DNA of 64,000 nt from the NCBI GenBank assembly GCA_964247055.1, contig OZ176055.1, positions 1,426,001-1,490,000 of the forward strand, in the 5' to 3' direction. The position numbers were made by a program, and so were the translations under genes. The stretch comes from Paragordius varius. Taxonomy: Eukaryota > Animalia > Nematomorpha. The notes beneath the pieces were generated by a model, which worked only from the letters and a program-made list of their open reading frames with translations, did no database searches and was not told the origin of the DNA. This document shows, one piece after another, positions 13,272 through 25,588 of this stretch. The number at the start of each line of letters is the position of its first letter. The first letter of the stretch is position 1.

Positions 13272-16200
13272 AAATAAAATTAAAAGGCGCCCTTTCAGCT
13301 CGGTACATCGCCCCCTCCCCCCTTAGCTACGCCTCTGTGGCAGAAACTAAATTTAAAAAAATGAACAAAATTATGATTGATTGCCACTTATATAGTAGGA
13401 AAAATCACAAAAAACCGTTGTGTTATAAAAAAAACGTCCATTTTTAATTAAATATTATGTTAATCTATGCATAAAAAAGTAAATCATGACAACTTATTCA
13501 GGGTTTTTAATAAGTCGCTCTAATTCAAAAAAAATGAACCTAGCCTTTTTTAGATATAGTTTTAACAGGAGGAAAGATCAATGAGTATGTGTGATCCCTA
13601 CGAAAGTATATATACTATAAAAATTGTTTAATTACAACCTTCCTATATATAAATATTTCTCCCCCCTCTCGTCCACATACAAGGCTATAATCCAGTCACC
13701 CAAAACGCCGCACATTTTTAATATATGCCACACAGTAAAAATCACAGGTATACCAAACGGATAAAACTCAACAGTATTATTTGCTACAACACAAGGCTAT
13801 CACAAAAAGAATGGAGGATAATAACTGCAAGTGAACAAAATTGTGAAAAGCAACTTAGTTGACTCCCGTATAAGCAGATCATGTATTAGTGGTATTCCAC
13901 ATGATGACATCCCATTCTCACGATTGATTCTTCCCCAAAGAAAAAGCAATCGTATAGAATTGCTTGGTTACTCTTAAAAATCTCGGGAGAAAGAATTGCA
14001 AAAAAGATAGATGTAATATAAGTGGTATATACACCGACGTCGAATTGTTCAAAAGATGTTAAAATCCAAGGATATGGAAATGAAAGATACATGGTGTTTG
14101 GAGGGTGCAACCAAAAATTGCTAGTATCGTACATTGGCCAATCGAACCGAAATATTACATTAAGATTTAAGGAGAATCAAAAAAGTAAATTCGGCCAAGC
14201 TGTCTTCATTGCGTGGTTAATAACCATGAGTGCTCCTCAAACACAATTGACATTTTAGCCGTAGAGAGAGAAGGCACAGGTCAAGCAAGATTTATTCTTT
14301 ATACAGAGTTCAGAATTCAGAGGATGTTTTACTCAATGATCGCGAGGAAAAGAAAGACAAAACCCCCCCACAGACCAGATCTAATTCATTAATTATCACA
14401 CATTTTCAACCATAAACCGCTATAAAGTTTGTTGGATATTACTTGATTTTTAATAATTATATTTTCTATTTTATTTATTTTGTTATTTTATTATAAAATA
14501 GCATTCATTATACATTGTTTTTGTATTTCGTCCTGATAAACGAATTCTTGTAATTTTTCCAATATAAGTTAGGAGTATAAACTATAATTTTGTTATTTTG
14601 ATTCTTATTGTGCTGTATATACATTTTATTTGTATCTATCTCCTGATGACTAGGGCAAACCAATCTAAATCATATTTTTTTACGTTATTATACGACTTTT
14701 AAAACTAATTAATATTAAATAATGCCCTTGTTCTATATACCATTTGCACTTCAAGAGTGTCCTTGAACAGTTCAAGTTGGTCCTTAAAATTTATAAATTT
14801 TGATTTAACCATAATTTTTGCATTTATTTTTTAATTTTATTATTTATTAACCGAATTTTCTTTATTTATTATATATTTATTCATTTAAAAATAATTTTTT
14901 TTATTGAAAAACCACTTTTTTGTTTCAAATTTTTTTTGAACACCATTATTGACTTTTAAATGTTTTAAATAAAAAAATTTAATTAATAACCCAGAAAACT
15001 TATAGATTTTTTCATTTCGTGTTAAAATCTTATAAATATCCAAAATTATTTTAAGAAATTAATAAAAATATACGGTTTCTCAAAGATTAAAAGTTGATAT
15101 CGATTTAAAATTTATGTTAAATAATAGAAAATAGGTTAAAAACAATAAAATAGATGAATTATTTACGATTTGATTAATAAAAATTAAAAACAAAACAAAA
15201 AAGTCATAGGACCAACTTGAACTGTTCAAGGACCAACTTGAAATGTTCAAAGACCAACTTGAATTGTTCAAGGACCAACTTAAACTGTTCAAGGACACTC
15301 TTGAAGTGCAAATGGTATATATAAATTAATTTATCTTAATTAAAAGATACTGTCTTCACATAAATTGTTAACAATGTAGTATTATTTAAGTGTGGTTTCA
15401 AACCAAAAGATATCACAAATTTTAGGTAAAAGATACTATCATAGGAAAACAATATATTACTTTTCGTGTGTCGTTCCTTTTGGAGATTTCGGAAAAATGA
15501 GCTATTAGTAAATAACATGGTAAATACATCATCACAGCTTTTATCATGGATTAAAACGTCTAAATACAATTTTCCTGGATGATTTGTACATAGGCAGGAA
15601 ACACAATCCCCCTCCAAATTATCAGAATCGCCATTGTAACATAATTCATCTAGTGGTTGTAAAAAAATGAGAAAAATAAGATACCCCCCTATTTTTTTAC
15701 ATGCATTTTTAACTATATATACATGTGGAAAATAGTTTTATAGCAAAATCATGTATTTCAAATTAAGATTTTATAGTAAGGAAGGAAACATCTAGGTTCA
15801 AAAATTGTCTTTATATAAAAAACATTTATATGGTATTGAGTTTGTGTATCTAATTTTCATTTCTGAATTATAAAAAATTAAACCATAATAGAAATATATT
15901 TAGAAATTAATTATTAATAATTCTACCTTATTATGACTTGTGGAAAATATTTAATATTCGTATCATTCACCTTTTTTATTATATTTAAATTTTAATATTG
16001 TTATACAGAATCCGCACTAGATATAGAAATAAAATTAAATAAAAGTAATAACTTATAACGGTCATCAAACCTAAAAAAATTCAAATTAATATTTTTTTAG
16101 ATTTGGAGATATTTTGGGACTTTAGTAGTAATTTTAAATTTTTGTTTGCATAAAGATTCAAAAAAACCTTTTATTTAGGCGAATTATTCCGATAAAAAAA

Positions 16201-19200
16201 GCTGCCCTCAAAACGAAACAATAGTAAATATTACCATATTATATTAATATACAAATATATTTAATATGCCAAAAATATATATGAAATGAGAAATTAAAAT
16301 AAGATAAGTCGTTTTTAATTACATATGAGCCATTGAATTTATTAGCAATATGTAAATGACTATAGCCAACTATTAAACATTGTTTATGATTTAAATATTT
16401 TTCAATAGCAGTATTTGAAATTATTATTTAAAAAAAAATAATTATTAAACAAACCAAGTAGTTATTATTTATTAAAATTAAATTGTGATCGTGATTAAAA
16501 AATACTACGCCCCAAATAACATTGATATATTTTGCAAAAATTGAATATTTTTTTTACATGACATGACTGAATGTTATACAATAAAAATAATTTGGTAAAA
16601 ATCCATTTTATATATATTTATACCGATTACTAAAATTTAGTTTTTGCCCGACTAAGGCAATAAATAGGACAAAAGGTCGGTGGCAAAAAAGATTTGATTG
16701 TAATTATAGAGTGGCGTATGGAGTAACAGAATATTAATCCACAGAAGAATAAAAAAATGTTTTTTCAAAAAAACAAGGGGATATTATAGATATGAATATT
16801 TACAACTAAGATTGTTTTTTTTAAAAAACATTTTTTTATTCTTTTATGGACTAATTTCGTTCTACTCCATAAGCTCCTGTAACATGCAACAATATTAAAA
16901 AACACAGTTAAATAATAAGGGGAGTTTATACCATGTTTGAATAATAAAACCAACAAATTTTTACCAAAAAAATATCCATAATACTTTTTCAACCATAATT
17001 TTACTTTTATATTTATGAGTAAAATTGTAAAGTATATAATATAGAGTGTGAGTAAATTAAAATTCATATCTTTATGCGATGTTTTAAAAATATGTCAAGT
17101 TTAAAAATATTTGTCTTTTAGTTTTAACGCGTTTTATTATTAATTTGATTTACCATCCGAAGTGAATTTGCCAGAAGAGGTCCGTTCCTCCAGAGGTGGA
17201 TTATTTTTAAAGATGGCAGTTTTTGTGATATTTTTCTGCATATAAAATATAATAACGCGTTATAAAGATAATATATATATATATATATATAAATACAGAT
17301 ATGTAAAAATTTAATAAACTGCTTATTTTTAATTTATTGTCAGATCAAGCAACTTATTTTGGTAAAAATAATGGAAAAAGGCGAAAATAATAATTAATGA
17401 TATGCTGCTATCTGCCAATATTCAATAAACAAATAGCAATGCGCATAACTCTAACTGAATGTAATACAGTTGCGTATGATATAAAATAGTTTATGGACAT
17501 AATTAAATATACAAAATTAATGATAAACTATTAAAAAATGTTATGATTGTTTGCAACTAGCCAACCATTTATTGTTTTTTACCATACACTATGGTATATA
17601 AATATTAATCAATTAATGATTTCGCACAACAGTTTATATGTTGTTTTTACATAAATTTTATAGTATTAGTTATTGTGATATAAACAAATATATATTATTA
17701 AATATCATCATAACTGGAGCGTAAAATAAAAAAAAATAATCCACCAAATTAATAACATTAAATGATAAGAATAATTATATATACAGCAAATAAAAAATTA
17801 CCATTATATTACAAATTACAACAATTCAAAAACGGTTAAAGTACAGATTTTTTGTGGTGTTTTGCGAAAAAAATATTGATTCTGGCACCTTTAAATGGGT
17901 CTTTAAATTGTCTATCGAGTTATTTTAATAAAATGTGGATAAATAGCTCTAACAACATGTACAGTAATTAAGCTACTTTTCTTTAAACCATAATCTTCTA
18001 AAGTAGTATACTTCATAGGTACAAATGAAATAAAATTTCTTTAATCAGAATAGATATTTTTAGAACCGCTAAGAACGCTTTCACAAAAATGGCGGCTAAT
18101 AAATCAATAATGGCTTTCTCTGCTCTTATAAATAATATTAGCTTTTCAATCAATCAATCTTATAATAAATAACTACTTAACAATATAAATTCAAACGAAT
18201 TGGAAATCAGATATTTCTATTGAAAAAAAACAAATTACGCGCAGTTCCTTCTGATCAGTAAAAATGTTGATGGTCCCAACAAAACTTATGATTCCGGCCT
18301 CAACCCTGCAAACTATCAATAAACAATTTTTCAATTTTGCAACAACCCAGGATTTATCAACCAAAATTTTATTTTTCGTAAAATCACACAAATGCCGTCT
18401 CAAAACATAGCTTTTTAAAACCGGAGAGCGCTGGGAAAAACTATTTAAAGAAAATTCTTAATACATCATCCCTGTTAAATATCAATAGTCGTCAATGATC
18501 AATTTTGCCAACAATCTTAGAAAGTTTAACCATCAATATTTTATCTTTCCCAAAATAACTTTTCCAATATCAATTTAAATCTAATATAGGAATCACCATA
18601 TTTATGTATATTAGAGTTTTTAAACCCTAGTGGTTCAATTCTTAATTGTTGGGGGTTATGAAAAAAAATGATAAGTTCTCCGGTTATGATCTCTGCTAAA
18701 TATCACTCATAAATTTTAATCGATTTGCCGAAAATTCAATTCAACAACACTCGAGAAAAATTCTATTCATAACATAACATAGTTAAAATAAAACCACTTA
18801 CAAATATATCATCAGTGTTTGAGTTAGCTGTTGTAGTTGTTAAAGTTTCATCATCATCCATGCCATAATGCATATTTCCACCACCAATATCATGAGATTC
18901 AATTTTCCTTTCTCTACCACCGCGTAAAGTAGCCATCGTTTTACCCGAAATTTGCTTGGAGGGAAGGGGTGAGAACCGCGGTAAATCTGTATCGCTAAAT
19001 GCTTCCTCCCCTAAATTAATGGCCTCTTGACAAACGCTCAAATTGGTATCAGTATCGAAATAGAGATCATCCTCATGGTCGTTTATTCCAGACGCATTTC
19101 GAGGTGCTGAGGAGCCAACAAAAGAGTTACTGCAAAATGAAAGTTAAACAATCAATGTATTGAAGTGATTGATAAGAAAAATATAATAAATGCAATAACG

Positions 19201-22200
19201 TTTAATTTAAATCATGGTTAATATTGTCAAAAAATGGTCACCAAAACCAAATTTGGCAATACAAACCGATAATAATGAATGTAAAATAAACATTCTAATA
19301 TAATTTACTCATGTTTTGTTGTGAAATGGCCAAGAGTCTCATCTACTAAACTGGTAGGCGATTGAGCCCGGACCTCTTTACGTGATAATTTATGGGCCCG
19401 ACCTGGAGATGATTGTAACTTACCCATTGGGGACACTAAAATTTTTGTGGCAGAATTCCCACTCTTTACGCCACCATGCTTTTTATAAGGATGATGGTGG
19501 TAATGATAATGAGATGAACCACCTATTATTATTATTATTATGTTAGAAATGTAATTTTATATATTAAGTCAAAGTAGAATGAATGAACTAATTTGAACGT
19601 TACACATATATTTTAAGTCAAAGTAGAATGAAATGTAATTTTATAAGATAAATTATTTTAAGTCAAAGTAGAATTATAAAGTGATTTTAACGTTACTCAT
19701 ATATTTTAAGTCAAAAATAGTCAAACTAATCAAATTAGCTACGTAGGCGTCAAGCCTTGCTACGCATGATTTTAACCATAATGATATTATATATATATAG
19801 GGCTAAAGTTAGTTTATGCCTTATTAAAACACATGACAACTTTCCGATTTAAATTTTATATCCTCCATGATTATTAAACATCCATCTATTTAACCAAAAG
19901 CTAATAATAAAAAAATTATCACCATGTGGTGACACAATGGTGGCATTGTTACGTGGATCCACATAATCCTCATCTTCAGATGTAAGACCCAATTCATTTC
20001 CTATTACAAGAAAATAAAAATTTACAATAAAACATATAAACGAAATATATTTTAGAGACTTGTTATTAGATTACAATTGCGTATCTAATTATTAAATGGG
20101 TTGGGTAAAAATCACTTTGGATGAAAGATATAAATTGTTAAAGTAACTTAATATTTGATATCGTTTTATTTTCTAAAACATATAAGAATACATATTTTGG
20201 TGATTCTCTCTCCCATATAATTCATTAGGATTGAATATACTAAGTAAATTAAAAATCAAAAATCATTTTGTATAAAATAAAAATAGTTATTTTAAGCTTT
20301 TTAGTTAAGTGAATATGTTAGATAACGCCTTAAAAAAGTAATTTATCAAAAAAAATCGTATAAACAATAAAAAAGTTTTGCAATATATATTCCAGCAAAA
20401 TTTAACGTACTTTTAAAGAGTGTTTGATTTATATAGGCAATTCCATATTCCCCCCCTTACAATATAATTTCTTTAAAAATAGCGTCTATAAACTAATAAT
20501 TCTCATTTTTTACAAATTACAATCGTTCAAGGCTGAATATGCTCTCTTTCACTAACTTACTATTTGGGTCCAAAAATGATAAAAAAAATTAAATTTTATT
20601 TAACTTTTTTTAGTTTCATTTAAATATCGATATAGAATATTTTTACTATATAATATTATATACTTAATTAAATCTAACGCTAAAATTTAAACTTTTCTTT
20701 TGAAAAAAAAGGGTTTTACTCTGTAGTAAATAAATAACCCTTATTCCCACAATCGGGAGGAATCATTTTAGTTAAAAACTAGATTTATAAAAACCAATTT
20801 ACAAGGGTGACCACTTTAAGAAATGTCGAAATTGTAATATACCGTATGATTCATGAACGTATCTCCAAATCTCATTAGGTGCCAGTGTTTGATCCATCAA
20901 AGCTTTTTGCCAAATGCGAAAAAGCATGAAATACGTTTTATCACGCGCAGTAAAGGATGCAAAGGTAAATTTTGCCCCTGTATTAGTTAGGATGGTGAGA
21001 GCATTCGGGATTATTTTAGCAAGTTTTTCCTTATTTATAGCGACTATATCCTAGGAGAAGAAAAATGAAGATGTGCCATTTAAAATTTTTAATGTAAGTT
21101 TAAGTTTAGTTTTGGTTAAGTCATATTTAAATCTCTAATATTGATAATGAAAAAGAATATAGATTTATTTATATAAGTATGTCATACATTTCCACAGTTT
21201 GGGGATAATTTTTACCCATAAAACAATTTAAACATACCAAAGTGATGTTGTAATTATAAATAAGCTAAAATATCCATGTAAAATTTTTGTTTATTTTTAC
21301 ATTGGCAAATGTTAATTTGTGTCTAGTCTACTTTGCCTTTCTTCGGACAATTATTTGTTTAAAATTGAATATTTTTAATATAATATAATATCTTAGAATT
21401 TATATACATGAACGTAAAACTATTCCAACCTATTTCTTTTAAAATATAAAATTTTTTTATAAAAATAAAATGAAATAAATTACATTTTATCTATTTTACC
21501 AAAACACTTCCTTATTAGCCAATAAAATTTTATTGGACGAATTTTATGCCTATTTTAATCTTTACGGCATATATTATCCATAAATATTAACAAAACCACA
21601 AATAGTATGTAGTTTATGGTAAAACACTAAACGAGCAATAAAAATTATGTTATGACATATATTTTCTTCAGTAGTATCATAATAAAAGCACATCGATCGA
21701 TAAAAATTCATAAAGCACTACAAAAAAAAAATGATTATAATACCTAATAAAATGACAAAAAAATCTTTGATATACAGCTCCTTTTATACTAAATTTTTTT
21801 TGGAAAAATATTAAAACAAAATAAACTACCTTAAATCGTATCTTAATTTTGCTTTCCCAGCGAAAAATGTTGGCATAGAAACAGAGATAAGATTGAGATA
21901 TGTACATTCGCCCTTGTATGAGGATTTCTTTTTGCAATGCACAAGAATAATCCACAATCAAGCGTTCAGCCAAATCATTTAAACCACTAATTGCAAAATA
22001 TAAATAAATAAGGACATAAATTTTTATAAATTAGAGGTTGACTTTAAATGTTACTAGATATTTGAGCAAAATATATTTAAGTAATACTTAATGATTGATT
22101 AATATTAACAAAATTAGATATTAAATATAGGGCTCCATATATTGTTTGGCATTAAATATTATATAATATAGAGCATTTACAGTATGAATAAGTATATATA

Positions 22201-24452
22201 TTGCTAGAAAGTTATTAATTATTGCCAAATAGCATATGCAGAAATTGGTTAATAATAGTAAAACGTGAAAATAATAACTATAAGCCCCAATAATATTACC
22301 CTTTGTTATATACGCTATTTGGCAATAATTAATAACTTTCTAAAAATGTATACCTAGTCCTACTGTAAATCATTGTATGATATAATATTTTTCAATGTTC
22401 ATAGTATTCAATTCAAATTAATATCTATACCATATTAATAAAAACAATCATTTTTATAAAACGCCCTCCCTAAAACACCACATTCTAAAACAACATAAAA
22501 ACTTTATTATAAAACCCATACGATCCGTATTTCAACTACTCACTTGGTAGATATATTATCAGTTCCAGAAGAGATTACTGTGTTCATCAAATTATTAGCA
22601 TCTGTGATTATAGAACCACCTGTTGATTCAACAATAGCATCACCCTTTACGGAGGAGGAGCAACTGGTTGGAGAAGGGGAAGTTAAGATTGAACTACTGA
22701 TGTTGTGCAAATTGGTAGGCATGCCCTCTGTTTCAAAACTACAATTGAAAGTATCACCTTCAACAGTTACATTAACATTGCTCTCAGTGACCGTATGTAG
22801 CATGTTTGGGAAAAAGAGTTTTTTAAAATCCTCATTCCGAGTCTTATAGCTTGGGGCCAACATGTCCCAAAACGTTTTTTTATACTTGGTGGCGGTTCCA
22901 GTTGTTGTCCGATCACCTGTGCCCGCGGAAAATGACATTATACTGCTTTGATTATTGGTCATATTGGTGCTGCTACTGTTCATAGTTATAACTGTAGCTG
23001 TTACTGTACTGTTGATATTTAAGGTTGACATTGTCTTTGCCGCCATAGTAACGCAGTTTAATGATGCTGGGCTAAAACCGTCACCGGCTAACTCTATATT
23101 TGGTGCTGTTAAAATTTTCAATAAAATCCAATTAAAGATCTACATACAGTGGATTAATGAAAGAATATTTGTAGTAGAGAACATAATATTAGGAGTAAAA
23201 AATGAAAATTAGTGAAAATTAAAAGAAACAAAGGGCCATGGTGCACGAGTTAGCATTACCATGCCCATCCAATAATAATTATTTTTTACTATTTACCAAT
23301 GAAGGGAAAGAATATTACGTAGTTGTATGGTATGACATACTCAATAAATGCCCTTTCTTTCTTTTTTTTCTTTCACAAATGGTAAAAATAATTATGATTT
23401 GATGGGCATGGTAATGCTTACTCGTGCACCATGGCCCTTTGTTTCTTTTTTATTTTCACTAATATTCATTTCTTCACTCCTAATATTAATTTCTTTACTA
23501 CAAATCTTTTGGGTGGTAGTTATTTAAAAGCATAGACCCGGGTCTGATCGTTTATGAATAAGGCATATTCAATCAGGATCAAAATCAGTCAATTTATGCC
23601 AGAATGCAAATATATGTGTTTTAACTAAATAAAACAGATGTATATACTCATTCAAAATGCCATTTAAGGTTGATAACGATTAAGTTAAAAAAATTAAATA
23701 AATTTTCCCCATATAAAAATAAGGTATTATTCATTATATTATTGTGACTTAAAAATGTCAAAATGGTAAATGATAAATTACGGTCTTAAACGCACTCATA
23801 ACCTAATTCTAATTAGAAAACATGAATATATATACTCGTTATAGGGGCATTCGAAATATGATGTGCTTCCGATGTACCATGAGAAGCTATTTGATAAAAA
23901 AGTGTGTTTAATATTAAAATATTTAAATATAATCATAAAATTATGAGTAAGATTGTAAATATTACCTAACAAAGTTGATGGAATAGTAGCGAATTCAGGA
24001 ATGCTAGTAGATGCTTCAGACCCATGAAAAAATTGATGAGAGCTATCGACCGCAGTATATGTATTATGGAAAAGTATATGAGGAGAATTTAAATCTGAAT
24101 TTATGATAACAATATTATTTTGATCGGTTGATGATGATTTACTTTTGGGTCTTGGTGGTGCGATTGGACGCAGCGGTTGAACATTTAGTTTTGTTGTTGT
24201 ACATTGGTGTTCTTTATCGATATTGTTTTTTAGCGTTAACGAACAATTATGGTCTTTTTGAAGATCAGTTTCTGAATAAAATATATTTCTGGATTGCTTC
24301 TTAGCACAGTGGATACCACCTGGATCAGATTCAAAAGATACATTTGACAACCGACGTTCCTGTTCACCTAATCTAATATGAGCTCCATTAATTGAAGAGC
24401 TGTCTTCAAAAACATTTTCTAGGCTATTTATTAAATTCTCAACATCTGCCAT
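7044..24452 (-). CDS. GRAMD1: GRAMD1/Aster-like ER-PM sterol transfer protein (GRAM + VASt + TM), ~1260 aa, 19 exons
   Basis: Exons (minus): 24452-23966, 23105-22544, 21986-21830, 21050-20843, 20000-19923, 19522-19309, 19129-18802, 17235-17154, 15649-15461, 12549-12308, 11969-11902, 11356-11201, 10890-10820, 10573-10520, 10171-9901, 8919-8704, 8435-8286, 7786-7585, 7091-7044; phases consistent. Motifs: SYKTRNEDFKKLF, ERLIVDYSCALQKEILIQGRMYISQSYLCFYANIFRW, YGNELGLTSEDEDYV; VASt VECEVTNSGVPYSDAYYVICRYCI and IIEKNCQSGLQDYF; TM GAFTLKIFFFLIICCYILSL. The last exons are less certain. Confidence 0.9.
7131..7417. mobile_element. MITE family F (~290 bp, TACAGT...ACTGTA, Tc1/mariner-pogo type ends)
   Basis: TACAGTAAAAATTGAAATTATACGGACAAAA at left and its inverted complement at right. 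Lies in the last GRAMD1 intron, ~38 nt from the acceptor. Confidence 0.8.
12667..13003. mobile_element. MITE family A, copy 2
   Basis: TATACCATTTAC...AAATGGTATA ends, with about five 21-bp units on the left and about three inverted on the right. Confidence 0.85.
13208..13268. repeat. (TA)n microsatellite
   Basis: Long uninterrupted TA run. Other TA runs occur near 9565, 17270, 44740, 50740, 52206 and 61960. Confidence 0.95.
13700..14400 (+). mobile_element. Degenerate Penelope-like retroelement fragment (GIY-YIG endonuclease region)
   Basis: Peptide ...GC...SYIGQSNRNITLRFKE followed, after a frameshift, by HCVVNNHE...IDILAVE. This resembles the YIGQTxRxLxxRxxEH...H...H...IL.xE pattern. Contains stops and frameshifts; antisense within a GRAMD1 intron. 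Confidence 0.5.
14737..15317. mobile_element. MITE family B, copy 1 (~580 bp, 21-bp modular TIRs)
   Basis: TATACCATTTGCACTTCAAGAGTGTCC...GGACACTCTTGAAGTGCAAATGGTATA, with tandem GAACAGTTCAAGTTGGTCCTT units. Confidence 0.85.
19550..19720. repeat. Minisatellite with four TTAAGTCAAAGTAGAAT-like cores
   Basis: Core recurs near 19564, 19613, 19658 and 19707 (last one partial), next to a GRAMD1 acceptor at 19523. Confidence 0.7.
22178..22367. mobile_element. MITE family C, copy 1 (~190 bp, TACAGT...ACTGTA)
   Basis: Long inverted arms (AAAGTTATTAATTATTGCCAAATAGC / GCTATTTGGCAATAATTAATAACTTT). Homologous to 51227-51416 and 54898-55083. Confidence 0.85.
23161..23508. mobile_element. Foldback element, ~350 bp with ~150-bp arms
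   Basis: AAAGAAACAAAGGGCCATGGTGCACGAGTTAGCATTACCATGCCCATC is mirrored almost perfectly at about 23400-23448. Single copy in the window. Confidence 0.85.
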
Positions 24453-24580
24453 AGATGCGTGAAAGATACACCAGATTGAGTGAAATTAAAAAAATAGTGA
24501 AAATATCTTGTTAGAAATTTGATATATAAGATTCATTACTATATTCATTTTATCAACACTTTGATACAGCATTTTACTTC

Positions 24581-25588
24581 GATTCAAATTGGGTTAGTTA
24601 AATACCCCAAGCCTGCTTTGAATTAAATACTTTAAAAATATGGGAATAACCATGGCAAAATTATGGACTTATATAACATTAATAAACCGAAATATATAAA
24701 AAATTTATTCAAAAATTGATACTTATTAAAACTAAAACCGAAAGGCAAAAATTAGTCAACGTGGCATGTGTGAAATGGTAAAATTAAAAATAATACAATA
24801 TAAACCGCTTTTTCTGTTTCTAACATTGTTAGATGTGATTTAAATAAAAAATTAGCTTTAATTCCCTTATAATTAAATTAATAGAAATTTTGCAAAAATT
24901 TTGTAAAATAAAAATGACGTCAAAGTAGTTTGACATGAAAGTTTTTTTCGAAACAAAATTTTATTTAGATATTTTGGCATATTTATATAATTTATTTTAG
25001 GGTAGAAGCATAAATTTAAATTGGGACCGTTTGCTTCAGTCGTTTATAAAATTCCTGATTTAAATTTAGTCTAAGCGATTTAGATACCCCAGACTTAATT
25101 TGAGTCAAATTTTTTATTAAACTACTGAAGGAAACGGTCTCAATTTAATCCTAATAAATATTATATAAATATGCCAAAATATGTAAATAAAAGTTTGTTT
25201 TTTAAAAAAAGTTCCATGTCTAACTACTTTGACGCCATTTTTATTTTAAATTTTTTTTGCAAAATATCGTTTTATTTAAAATTTAAGGGTAAAATTAAAG
25301 CTAATTTATTTAAATTACATTTAACATTGATAGAAATAGAAAAAGCGGTTTATTTTGTTTTATTTCTCATTATCCTGGCACACGTGTCACGTTGACTAAA
25401 TTTTTACCTTTTGGTTTTAGCTTAAAATAAGTGATATCAAGTATTTTTGAATGAATTTTTTAATCGGTTTATTAATGTTATATAAGTGCAAAATTTTGCC
25501 TTTGTGTCGATTCCTTCCACATTTTTTAAATAATTTAATTTTAAACAGGTTTGGGGTATTTAACTGCCCCAATTTCAATCAGGGGACT
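24581..25588. mobile_element. ~1-kb palindromic foldback element just upstream of the GRAMD1 ATG
   Basis: Mirrored blocks: GGGTTAGTTAAAATACCCCAA/TTGGGGTATTTAACTGCCCC; AAAATGACGTCAAAGTAGTT/AACTACTTTGACGCCATTTT; GGACCGTTTGCTTCAGT/ACTGAAGGAAACGGTC. Confidence 0.8.

Noticed and set aside
15080-15298. Repetitive ORFs SSWSLN(N/I/S) (also 60854-61048 and 61202-61450)
   Set aside because: Translation of the 21-bp TIR modules of MITE family B, not a repeat protein.
17850-18550. Slightly more complex intronic sequence with a 70-aa ORF (18191-18403)
   Set aside because: No motif recognised in any frame; possibly an old TE remnant but unsupported.
22544-23212. Plus-strand ORFs 22544-22849 and 22955-23212
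   Set aside because: Antisense shadows of GRAMD1 exon 2.
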